The position numbers and the translations under genes are program-made. From Phyllobates terribilis (taxonomy: Eukaryota), in the NCBI RefSeq assembly GCF_046119375.1, contig NW_027362770.1, positions 139,376,001 to 139,440,000 on the forward strand: 64,000 nt of DNA, in the 5' to 3' direction. Positions 1-10,580 of the stretch are shown here, in pieces; position 1 is the stretch's first letter; each line of letters opens with the position of its first letter. The notes beneath the pieces were generated by a model that worked only from the letters and a program-made list of their open reading frames with translations, ran no database searches and was not told the DNA's origin.

Positions 1-279
1 CCAATACCCACATGCCTGTATGTCAGTCTACCTGCCTGTTCCTGCATTCCCCAGTGTGGGTCAACAACTGTGACCGGGGTCTGACCTGGAGTCGCACCTG
101 GTCCCTCTGCTCGGTTCCTCCTTGGTTCATGGAGTCGTTAGCCGCTGTGCGACCTTGGTCGGATCGGGTAGATATTTAGTTACGCCCCTCCAGGCACTCC
201 TCGGTTCATGGTACAGTGGGATCACTAATCACGCACACGCCAATCAGTCCGGGCGCGAGCATAACAGTTTGCTCAGGCC

Positions 280-924
280 ATGGTTCCCGTTGAGCCCCAC
301 GGCCCTTCGCCCTCAGAGACTTTTGAATCCGTGTCCGGCAATTATGTGCATCAAGAAAAAAATTTTCCGCAAGCTGAGGTCCAGGCGATTTACGCACCAG
401 CCCCAATGGAGCTATCAGCACCCGTTCCTGCAGATCCACCACGGTACTATGGGGATCCAAAACAAAGCCGTGCATTTGTATGGCAATGCCTGCTGCAGTT
501 CCAGTTCTATGCTCACTATTTTCCTACCGGTCGGGTTAAAGTGGGATTTATGATGTCCTACCTAGAGGGTGATGCCTTGGAATGGATCACCCCCCTATGG
601 GAAGCAAGGGATCCTATCGTGTCTGACCTGCAGGCCTTCCTGGTGGCCTTTCTAATGGTCTTCGATGACCCTAATCCTGAAGCCTCTGCTAAAGCTTCCC
701 TTCCCAATATCCCGGAGCAGCCCCGATGGGTAATGTGTGTGGTTAGCTCACCAGTTCTCCAGCCTGAAGAGACTGCTGCTCACCCAGAATCCACACAGGA
801 TGACTATGCTCCACAGAATACTTCTTTCCCAACCTCAAGAGGCAGTCCAGACGTGCAAGGCGTAGAGGCAAACCATCACGCCAGGTTCTGTCCTTCCAAA
901 GACCTCCTGTTCCCCAGCCTGTAA
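280..924 (+). CDS. Retrotransposon Gag N-terminal/capsid-like region (sushi-type), diverging after about aa 140
   Basis: PPRYYGDPKQSRAFVWQC...KVGFMMSYLEGDALEWITPLWEARDPIVSDLQAFLVAFLMVFDDP aligns by eye with the Gag at 13133 (PPRFGGD...KIAFIMSHLTGEALAWLNPLWERGDPLVSDLPAFLMAFRKAFDEP). Confidence 0.85.
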   Translation: MVPVEPHGPSPSETFESVSGNYVHQEKNFPQAEVQAIYAPAPMELSAPVPADPPRYYGDPKQSRAFVWQCLLQFQFYAHYFPTGRVKVGFMMSYLEGDALEWITPLWEARDPIVSDLQAFLVAFLMVFDDPNPEASAKASLPNIPEQPRWVMCVVSSPVLQPEETAAHPESTQDDYAPQNTSFPTSRGSPDVQGVEANHHARFCPSKDLLFPSL

Positions 925-947
925 AAGAAGCTACCCGCACTGAATCC

Positions 948-2345
948 ATGAAGGTTGACCATGTTCGTCAGGCGAAGCAGAGGCCGGAACTCAGTCACAG
1001 AATCGGATTGCGGTCCCGCTGCGGTTGTTTGAGACCCCCTGACGGTCTTTGTCCAGAGAAGGTTGGAGAAACCAAAGACATTAGGCCTGTAGGAGAGGCT
1101 GCCCTTGGCCTTAGTGTGTCCTCTCCACAGATGACCATGACTGTCTCCGTGGCTAGTAAAAGCCTTGGATTAACCGGAAGTTTCGGGCTTAAAGCCTTGA
1201 AGAGTCAGTGTTTGATTCCCGTCCGAAAACTCCAGAAGCCGGTTTGGGCATTGTCAGCGGAAGGACGAGCCCTACTCAGAAACAGTCAAAATATGTCTGT
1301 ACAAATTAAGCTCCAGATTGGAGCATTTCACATGAAGAAGCTTACATTCCAGGTGCTGACTGGTTTACTAACAAGTCGTCCAGAGCCGAGAGATCTAGTG
1401 CCCGCTCAGGTCTGGAGACCCTGTATGGTGTATCCTGGGGGGCTGCTAAGGTACAAGGGGTGTCCAGTCCCCATATCTTCAGGACAGTCAGCAGTTTCTT
1501 GTTCTTCTTCACCATATCTGCTAGTCGCTGACTCACTGGGCGCTGAAGTCTCCGAACGAAGAGAAGCGGAGGCAATGTCCCCACACAGTCTCGACGATTG
1601 TACCAATGTTCTGGCTTCAGGTACTGTCCCGCCTCACAGACATGTCATCTCTGAAACCAGACTTAAGATGGTCCCAAAGCCAGAACCCTCCATCTCTAAT
1701 AAATCTGGCCATATGTCCATCAAGGCGGTGGATACCTCCAAGTCTCTGCACCCCTCCAACCAGGCGGAGGACCTCCAGTTGTCTCCTGAATTCCCCAGGG
1801 TGCTACCTGATAACAATTGGAGTGAGACTTTCCTACACTCTGTACCTGATACTTCGCCCACTTCATCCAGGGAGCTTGACAAAGTATACTTCGAAGCAGT
1901 AGTTACTCCCGAGTCTCTGCACTCCTCCAACCAGGCGGAGGACCTCCAGTTGTCTCCTGAATCCACCGGAGTGCTATCTGATAACAAATGGAGAGAGACT
2001 TTCCTATGTTCTGTCCCTGGTACTTCACCCACTTCATCTGTTGCTGAGGATGGCTTTATGGGAGGAAGCATCCTAGTTACCAAGATGATGAGACCAGTTT
2101 CATTTCCTCTAGTGGACAGAAGACGTAATCCTCTTGAAGAGAAGGATTGGCCTTCAAATTCTCTGCGGAAGACCCTTGCCGGCTTGAAGAAGAGGGGGCG
2201 TAAAGGGGGGGGTACTGTAACATCCCTGGCGGCATGCTTGCATAGTGCACCATCTCCCACTATGCAAGATCACAATCTTACCTTTCAGTCCAGCTTGCAA
2301 ATCTCCTGTTCATATTGTGTGCATGCCTCTGTTCTGACTGCTTAG
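948..2345 (+). CDS. 465-aa second ORF of S1: Gag C-terminal and protease remnants followed by unassigned sequence, reading through the PPT into the 3' LTR
   Basis: Starts at the (E)PMxVD-like motif MKVD and includes LQKPVWALSAEG...LQIGAFHMKKLTFQVL, similar to the protease C-terminal half at 14200-14350. No RT, RH or IN motifs. Internal duplication 1740-1866 / 1911-2037. Confidence 0.45.
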   Translation: MKVDHVRQAKQRPELSHRIGLRSRCGCLRPPDGLCPEKVGETKDIRPVGEAALGLSVSSPQMTMTVSVASKSLGLTGSFGLKALKSQCLIPVRKLQKPVWALSAEGRALLRNSQNMSVQIKLQIGAFHMKKLTFQVLTGLLTSRPEPRDLVPAQVWRPCMVYPGGLLRYKGCPVPISSGQSAVSCSSSPYLLVADSLGAEVSERREAEAMSPHSLDDCTNVLASGTVPPHRHVISETRLKMVPKPEPSISNKSGHMSIKAVDTSKSLHPSNQAEDLQLSPEFPRVLPDNNWSETFLHSVPDTSPTSSRELDKVYFEAVVTPESLHSSNQAEDLQLSPESTGVLSDNKWRETFLCSVPGTSPTSSVAEDGFMGGSILVTKMMRPVSFPLVDRRRNPLEEKDWPSNSLRKTLAGLKKRGRKGGGTVTSLAACLHSAPSPTMQDHNLTFQSSLQISCSYCVHASVLTA

Positions 2346-2952
2346 GGCGGCAGCCCGGTTACTTCCTGATTCTTGTAGCTGCTGTGGGCACACCCCTAAC
2401 GCGTCTCCAGCCTATTGCTGTGGGTCACTGGATATTTAAACCTCCTTCTCCCAGAAGAAGGTGCCTGAGCAACTCTTACCTTCAGAGGGCTCTTTGCCTC
2501 TGATGTGCCAGGTCCCGTTCTGTTTCTTGCCTGTCCGCCAACCTGGGGGCTGTATTCCCAGGCCTGTCTGAACACTCTCCTAGCCTGTTTGTCCGCCTCT
2601 CTGGGGGCTGTATACCCAGACTCGCTCCTGTATCTTGTTGCAGTGTCAGTTCCTGTCTGAACACTCTCCTAGCCTGTTTGTCCGCCTCTCTGGGGGCCGT
2701 ATACCCAGACTCGCTCCTGTATCTTGTTGCAGTGTCAGTTCCTGTCTGAACACTCTTCTAGCCTGTTTGTCTCTGTGTCCGTACCTTCCCTTTTCCTGCA
2801 GTCTCTGAACCTGCACCTAACTCCTACTCGTTGTCTCTGTACTTCTGTTGTGAGTTTAGAGTCCACTCGCTACTTCACTGTAAGTACCTTGTGTGTATCT
2901 GGTTCTGCTTTTCCCTTCCAGTCTGTTCAGTTTGAACAGAGCCCTGTCCTCT

Positions 2953-3577
2953 CTGTTCTGCCTTGCTCACCGCTCCGGCGGTTCCTTCCTGCTCTGCCTT
3001 GCTCACCGCTCCGGCGGTTCCTTCCTGCTCTGCCTTGCTCACCTCTCCGGCGGTTCCTCTCTGCTCTGCCTTGCTCACCGCTCCGGCGGTTCCGCTCTGC
3101 TCTGCCTTGCTCACCGCTCCGGCGGTTCCTCTCTGCTCTGCCTTGTTCACCACTCCGGCAGTTTCGCTCTGCTCTGCCTTGCTCACCGCTCCAGCAGTTC
3201 CTTCCTGCTCTGCCTTGCCCACCGCTCCGGCGGTTCCTCTCTGCTCTGCCTTGCTCACCGCTCCGACGGTTCCTTCCTGCTCTGCCTTGCTCACTGCTCC
3301 GGCGGTTCCTCTCTGCTCTGCCTTGCTCACCGCTCCGGCGGTTCCTCTCTACTCTGCCTTGCTCACCGCTCCGGCGGTTCCTCTCTGCTCTGCCTTGCTC
3401 ACCGCTCCGGCGGTTCCTCTCTGCTCTGCCTTGCTCACCGCTCCGGCGGTTCCTCTCTGCTCTGCCTTGCTCACCGCTCCGGCGGTTCCTCTCTGCTCTG
3501 CCTTGCTCACCGCTCCGGCGGTTCCTCTCTGCTCTGCCTTGCTCACCACTCCGGCGGTTCCTCTCTGCTCTGCTTGT
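2953..3577. repeat. 36-bp minisatellite, about 17 copies (CTGCTCTGCCTTGCTCACCGCTCCGGCGGTTCCTCT)
   Basis: Directly visible; produces 12-aa periodic ORFs in several frames. Confidence 0.95.
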
Positions 3578-3659
3578 CTACCGCATCTGCGGTTCTTTTC
3601 CTGTATCCCAGTCTGTACTGGACCCTACCCAGCCTGCTCTCCAACCTGGATGCCACAAA

Positions 3660-4653
3660 TGTAATAAAGCTGTGTCTGAGAGCAAGGGGGAGGTTCTCTG
3701 GTCAGGGGAACATTAGCATGCAATACCTCCTGTCTCAGGCCAGTAGGGGGAGCAGGCTGCCCCTATAAAAGCTGGAACTGGGGGCAGGGTTAGGAAGAAC
3801 TGGACGACCTGTCTCTGGATTGAGCAGTGAGGGACAGTTGTATTGCACCCTAAGAGGACGTGTGGCGGTGGGAGAGCCACAAGCCAGGGACAAGAGGTGA
3901 AGTACGCCTGTCCTGGCAGACAAAGAACCCAATTTACCAGACTTTGGTGTCTGAGGCTGTGAGGATTCCACGTCCTACAGCAGATAACCAGTCCACAGGG
4001 GACTGTACATTCCTTGGCCTAAGAAGCCCGGAGGCTCCGCCACAGCAGAAGGGACCAGCAGAGCCGTACCAGGCCGGGAGTAGAAAGGAACCCACGTTGC
4101 AAACCATACGGGCGAGAGGACACGGTGAGCTCGGGACCGTGGGCTGTTACCCTACCAGGAGGAGATAGCCAGAAGGAGCGCAGAGAGCACGGTAGGCCTA
4201 CACCCTCACCCTGACCAGGGCCAATTTCCCAATTGCTCTCAGACATCCAGGTCCCCTCCTAGCCGGGACTGTTTGTGGGTCAGTTCACCTGTTCTAGTAA
4301 AGACCCTGGACTGCAACCTGTTGTCTGTGTGCTCCTTGCTCCTCCAGCACTATCGGTACTGGGACGCCCTACACCATCACCCCCATCTTCCCTTATACTG
4401 CCCTGGGGCCGCACTCTTCCCGTGGGGAGTCACACTATCCCAGCTGCATACATCATCAGCCCCAGCGGTCTACCTGGCAGCGGCGGTCCACACTGACCGC
4501 AATCCACGGGTGGCGTAGTCGGACACACCAACAGCGCGTCGCAGACTACCACTGGTCTGACCACCCTGAGCCACGGAACCGGGTTGCCACTACTACCCCC
4601 ATCGTTTCCCGATTGCCCGGCTCCGAGTGCCCCACGGCCCAGGGGGTGAGTCA
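3660..4653 (+). mobile_element. Solo-LTR fragment of the tRNA-Ser-primed Gypsy lineage nested in the S1 3' LTR (5' end uncertain)
   Basis: TATAAAA at about 3764; AGTAAAGACCC at about 4297; TGGCGTAGTCGG at 4511; ends CCACGGCCCAGGGGGTGAGTCA, like the LTR ending at 24861. No matching TSD found. Confidence 0.6.
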
Positions 4654-5023
4654 CTAGTACCCCCCTGTCTGCATACCAGCTGTGCTTGCCAATATCCTCC
4701 TGTCTGCACTCCTGCCGTGCTTCCAGTACCCACCTGTCTGCATACCAGCCGTGCCTGCCAATACCCACCTGCCTGTATGTCAGTCTACCTGACTGTTCCT
4801 TCATTTCCCGGTGTGGGTCAACAACTGTGACCGGGGTCTGACCTGGAGTCGCACCTGGTCCCTCTGCTCGGTTCCTCCTTGGTTCACGGAGTAGTTAGCC
4901 GCCGTGCGACCTTGGTCGGATCGGGTAGATACTTAGTTACGCCCCTCCAGGCACTCCTCGGTTCATGGTACAGTGGGATCACTAATTACGCACACGCCAG
5001 GCAGTCCGGGCGCGAGCGTAACA

Positions 5024-5092
5024 CAGTGCTGCAGTGCTGTCAGCTTGTGACGGATGTGGTCATTTCGGAGATGAAGGAGGAGGTGAAGGAGC
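5024..5092 (-). pseudogene. Short hAT transposase fragment (second copy), the insertion site of S1
   Basis: CAGTGCTGCAGTGCTGTCAGCTTGTGACGGATGTGGTCATTTCGGAGATG closely matches 8531-8581 in the same orientation. Confidence 0.7.
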
Positions 5093-5599
5093 TGAACAAT
5101 GTGATTACATTGAGGTTAAATTGGTGACGCTGTTTTTTATGCTAAAGAAAGATCCTATTGTTTTGGTTTTTTTACGTTATTTTTTAAGACAAATGCATTC
5201 ACCGGGAAATGTCATTTTAACATTTTACAACCTTATCTGGCAATGTGGTGTGTGACACATCATCAGACACATCCTGTTTTACTTATGATGGAGGGACTCT
5301 GAAAGTCATAAAGCCTATTTTTATAGGGACATCAGACGGCCTTTACTATTCTTAAAAGGCCAGCAGTCGGCCCTCGCTATTGTTAGAGAGCCATCAGCCG
5401 GCTATGCTTTGTTGTTCCCATTATTAACTAGTGGGTCTCCTATACTGTTATTGCGTATCCAGTGACTGCAAGGGCTGCCAAAAATTTGAACGCAACCCAA
5501 TATCCCTTTGAAGAGACATAGAGGAGGGTCTCAGTGGAAAAAAATGTTCCCATTATAAAGGAGTGGGTCTCCTATAGTGGTAATGCCCATGCTGTAACT

Positions 5600-6490
5600 G
5601 CAAGGGCTGCCAAAATTTGGGAAAACCCCACTAAGAATTTAAAGACACATAGAGCAGGGCCACAGTAACGACAAATTCCATTTAGAAATGAGAGAGTCTG
5701 CTATACAATTATAGGGTATACAGTGAGTCCAACGATTGACCAAATTTAGGAAAAACCCCACTAAGAATTTAAAGACACACAGAGCAGGGCCACAGTAACG
5801 ACAAATTCCCATTAGAAAGGAGAGAGTCTGCTATACAGTTATAGGGTATGCACTGAGTCCAATGGCAGACCAATTTTCGGAAAAGCCCCACTAAGAATTT
5901 AAAGACACATAGAGCAAGGCAACAGTAACGGCAAATTCCATTTAGAAAGGAAAGAGTCTGCTATACAGTTATAGGGTATGCAGTGAGTCCAACGGCTGGC
6001 CAATTTTAGGAAAAACCCCACTAAGAATTTAAAGACACGCAGAGCAGGGCCACAGTAACAAGTACGACATGTTCCCATTAGAAAGGAGAGAGTCTGCTAT
6101 ACAGTTATAGGGTATGCAGTGAGTCCAACGGCTGACCAATTTTAGGAAAAACCCCACTAAGAATTTAAAAACACATAGAGCAGGGCCACAGTAACAAGGT
6201 ACGACATGTTCCCATTAGAAAGGAGAGGGTCTGCTATACAGTTATAGGGTATGCAGTGAGTCCAACGGCTGACCAATTTTAGGAAAAACCCCACTAAGAA
6301 TTTAAAGACACATAGAACAGGGCCACAGTAACAACGTACGACATGTTCCCATTAGAAAGGAGAGGGTCTGCTATACAGTTATAGGGTATGCAGTGAGTCC
6401 AACGGCTGACCAATTTTAGGAAAAACCCCACTAAGAATTTAAAGACACATGGAGCAGGGCCACAGTAACGACAAATTCCCATTAGAAAGG
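5600..6490. repeat. 130-137-bp tandem repeat, about 7 copies, in the hAT 3' non-coding region
   Basis: CCCCACTAAGAATTTAAAGACAC recurs with CTAAG at 5631, 5761, 5891, 6021, 6157, 6294 and 6431. Confidence 0.9.
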
Positions 6491-6922
6491 AGAGAGTCTC
6501 CCATAGTGTTGGCCTATGCAGTGAATGCAAGGGCTGCCAAAAATTTGAAGGCACTTCAATGCCCCTTGGAAGAGACGTGGAGGAGGACCTCATAAAACAA
6601 TGTTCCCATTAGAAAGGAGCGGGCCTCCTATACTTGTAATGTCCACGCACTAAGTGTATGGACTAACAAACATTTACCCCTGGGGGGTATGCATGAACAT
6701 ACTGTATCAAAAAATTTTTTTACGGGCATCATAAACACCCTTTAAAAAAATTAGGTGGGTGTTGCATCACGGACCACGGTCACCCTGGTGATATGGTGGT
6801 GGAGGATGAGGAGAAGGAGGAGGACAAGAGCAAATAGCCAGTATCAGGAAGAGTATACCCATGAGTGGGTGTGAAAAGGTGCATGGGAATACACCTCTAA
6901 AGAAAAGAAACTGGATTGGAGT

Positions 6923-9900
6923 TTATGTTACACTGCTATCATTCGGTGGTGTTGAGAAGTCTGGCCCAATCCAGCCCTTGTTCATTTTTATAAGAGTCAG
7001 CCTGTCAGCATTTTTAGTTGACAGGCGCATGCTCTTATCAGATATAATTCCACCAGCGGCACTGAAAACCCGCTCTGATAAAACGCTGGCGGCAGGCCAG
7101 GCCAGGACCTCCAAGGCAAAGAGAGCCAGTTCATTCCACGTATCCTGCTTGGATTCCCAATAATTATAAGGCACAGCGGAATCACGGAGGATGTTGGTAA
7201 GGTTGACAAGGTACTCCCTCAGCATTTTCCCAAACTTTGCACTCCTTGTAAGAGTACCCCGCGCCTCAGGGCCTGTGTGATGGGAGGATCTGAGAAAACT
7301 CTCCCAGAACTTTGCCAGTGCTCCCCTGCCTCTGCTGGATTGAAGTTGTGTCTCTCTCACCTGTACTCCTTGGTTGTCCAACAAAGTGTGCCCTCTGCCG
7401 CCAGCATTTTCAGATGGGAATTTTTTTAATAGTTACGCAACAAGGACCTTCTGGTACAGCCCCATTTTTGTAGACCTGTCTGCCTCAGGAATAAGAGATA
7501 TAAAGTTCTCCTTGTAGCGTGGGTCTAGAAGTGTTACAAACCAGTAATGACTGTCACCCAAAAATTTTGAGAACGCGAGGGTCATGGGAAAGGCAGCGTA
7601 ACATAAACTCAGCCATGCGTGCCAGACTTCCGTGTCCTCGCCAAGAGGATGACTGACCATGCTCTCCTCCTTCTCCTCCTCCTCCTCTCTGTCCTCTGGC
7701 CATCCATGCTGAACAGACGGTATGACAGCTGTGCAGGTAGTACCGTCTATAGTGCATGAAACTAGCTCCTGTCCTTCCTCTTCCTCTTCTTCCTCATTGT
7801 CACCCAATCCACGTTGGGATGAGATGAGGCTTGGCTGTGTGTAATCACCCTGTATGGTTCCTTGTTCCATCTCATCGTGCTCCGCCTGCAATGCATCCTC
7901 TTTGATTGTGAGCAGAGAGCTTTTCAGAAGACAGAGAAGCGGGATGGTGACACTAATTATGGAGTCATCGCCGCTCACCATCTTGGTGGAGTCTTCAAAG
8001 TTTTGAAGGATGCTACATATGTCTGACATCCATGTCCACTCCTGAGGTCTAATGTGTGGAGTCTGAACTGAATACCGATAGCCTTGTTGATGCTGGTACT
8101 CAACAACTGCCCTCTTGTGCTCACAAATCCTTCCCAACATCTGCAGTGTAGAGTTCTAACGCGTGGGGACATCACACACCAGTCTGTGAGCCGGCAGCTG
8201 CAAACGCTGCTGAAACACAGCAAGGGCGGCGGAAGCTGTAGCTGACTTTATAAAATGGGCACACAGGCAGCTCTGAGTAGGATATGAGAAACCGCTGAAC
8301 CACAAGGTTAAGCACATGGGCCAGGCATGGTACGTGTGGGAGCTCGCCTCGCCTCAGAGCCGCCACCAGGTTCCGGCCATTGTCATACACGACCATGCCT
8401 GCCTGTAGGTTCAGCGGTGTGAGCCACAGATCTGCCTGCTCTTTCAGAGCTGTGCACAACTTTTCAAGATTGTGCGGTTTGTCACCTAAGCATATTCGCT
8501 TCAGCACAGCCTGTTGCCGCTTGGCCGAGGCAGTGCTGCAGTGCTTCCAGCTTGTGACTGATGTGGTCATTTCGGAGATGGAGGCTGAAGAGGAGGAGGA
8601 GGCTGAGGAGGATGAGGTGCAAGAGCTGTAGACCGCAGGTGCAACCCTGATTGATCTAGGGCCCACAATCCTTGGCGTCGGGAGGACGTGTTCCGTCCCA
8701 AGGTCCAACTGGGTCCCGGCTTCCACTATGTTAACCCAGTATTTCGTCAGCGAGAAGTACCGTCCCTGCCCACAAGCACTTTTCCATGGGACCGTGGTTA
8801 GGTAAACTTTCCCGGTAACTGCGTTGTTGAGGGCATGGCTAATGTTTTGGGACACATGCTTGTGTAATGCGGGGATGGCACACCGGGAGAAATAGTGGCG
8901 GCTGGGGACCGAGTACCAAGGGACGGCTGCCGCCATCAGGTTGCGGAATGCTTCCGTCTCCACGAGCTTAAAAGGCAACATTTCGAGCGCAAGCAGTCGT
9001 GAAATGTGAGAATTTAGTAGTGTGGCCTGTGGGGCGTTGGCTGCATATTTGCGCTTGCATTCCATGGACTGGGGTATGGACAACTGAACACTGCGCTGGG
9101 ACAAGGACATGGACGTGCTTCCTGATGCTGCTACTTGAGAGTGAGCAATGACAGGTGCAGGGCAGGAGGCATCTGCGCATGCACCATGGCTTGCATGCAC
9201 AACAGCGGAAGAAGCAATGGTGCCACCTGCAGACACTGTTCCTTGATCCTGGGGTTCAGCCCACAAAGTCGGGTGCTTTGCTTCCATGTGCCTGATCATG
9301 CTGGTGGTGGTCAGGCTGGTCGTCTTGCCACCCCTGCTGATGCTGGCCTGACAAGTGGTGCAAATGGCCTTTTTGGGGTTATTGGCAGAGTCTTTAAAAA
9401 ACAACCAGACTCGGGAAGACCTAACAGTTGTACTGGCAACTTCCTTCGTATTGGTGTTACGGGGAACGGTTGCCTGCCTTCTGTCTGCGGCCACAGCACT
9501 GCTTCTTCCTGCCTGTTGGGGTGCTCTGCCTCCCCCCCCCCTGTGTGCTGCTGTCCTCGCTCTGCATGTCCTCCTGCCAGGTTGGGTCAGTTACTATATC
9601 ATCCACCACCTCGTCTTCCACTTCCGCACCCTGGTCCTCCTCCTGACTTTTCTGGCAATTGTGTCTCATCATTGTCCACCTCTTGTGACACTTTCCCACA
9701 ATCGCCTTCGTGTGACCGTGGCTGCTCAAATATTTGGGCATCGCTACACGCGATCTCCTCTTGCCCCGCTTCAAGTGGAGCGGGCGAGAGGCCGAATCTA
9801 TAAATGGAAAAGTGAACAGCTCTTCAGAGTGTCCAAGTGTGGGATCAGTTGTCTCCGGGCACTCGGCATGGGGGGAGGAACGAGGATCAGGGTGAGGAAT

Positions 9901-10335
9901 ATGCGGTCCAGACTCACGGCTACTGAGACTTGACCGTGTGGAAGACATTGTGGTGGTGGTGGCTAAGTGACTGGTAGCATTATCCGCTATCCAACCAACA
10001 ACCTTTTGACACTGCTGTTGGTTCAATAGTGGTGTGCTGCAGTCCCATAGGAATTGGGACAGGAAGGTCAGGCGAGAAGATGTGGGTGTTTGTTGTGGTA
10101 TAATTTCAGCTTGCCCACAGCCTTGTCCTTGGCCTCTGCATGCACCATCACGTCCAGTTCCCCGTCCCTTGCCACGTGCCCATTTTAAATGGAGGACAGT
10201 ATCTTCCACGCTCACTACAAATGACTGAGTTTGGAGCGAACTTATATGTGATCCGTGTGACGGAGAAAACAGAGTTTTAAATACCTGGCCTGTAGGTAAG
10301 TAGTTTGAACAGCAAACTGGTGTGAATTGCTTCAC
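6923..10335 (-). pseudogene. hAT transposase pseudogene (BED zinc finger, DDE core, hATC dimerisation domain)
   Basis: BED finger VWLFF...AICTTC...MIRHMEAKHP; VYLTTVPW (first catalytic D apparently lost); VVYDNGRN; C-terminal LALFALEVLAWPAASVLSERVFSAAG...LSTKNADRLTLIKMN. Split across four ORFs. Confidence 0.9.
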
Positions 10336-10580
10336 TGATACACTAAAGGAAATTTTTAATGGAGGCCAGAAATGCCAGTATTTTCTGGCAACGTATATGT
10401 GATCCGTGTGACGGAGAAAACCGAGTTTTAAATACCTGGCCTGTAGGTAAGTAGCTTCAACAGAAAACTGCTGTGAATTGTTTCACTGACACACTAAAGG
10501 AAATTTTTAATGGAGGCCAGAAATGGCAGTATTTTCTGACAACGTATATGTGATCTGTTTGACGGAAAAAACACAGTTTT
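10244..10580. repeat. About 151-bp tandem duplication (2.3 copies) in the hAT 5' region
   Basis: ATATGTGATCCGTGTGACGGAGAAAA recurs at 10244, 10395 and (degenerate) 10546. Confidence 0.8.

Larger units (their letters stand above)
1..5023 (+). mobile_element. Non-autonomous Tf1/sushi-type (chromoviral) Ty3/Gypsy LTR element 'S1'; 5' LTR truncated by the window edge
   Basis: 1-266 matches 4758-5023 (13 differences in 266 by hand count), and both end in ...TAACA. PBS GTTTGCTCAGGCCA at 267-280. PPT AAAGGGGGGGG precedes TGTAA at 2216. Gag-like ORF at 280. Confidence 0.85.
2216..5023 (+). repeat. 3' LTR of S1, expanded by a 36-bp array and a foreign LTR fragment
   Basis: TG start after the PPT; TATA-like TATTTAAA at 2433; CA end at 5023; 3' 266 nt match window positions 1-266. 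Confidence 0.75.

Noticed and set aside
2724-3768. Long ORFs of 151-330 aa with 12-aa periodicity
   Set aside because: Artefacts of the stop-free 36-bp minisatellite.
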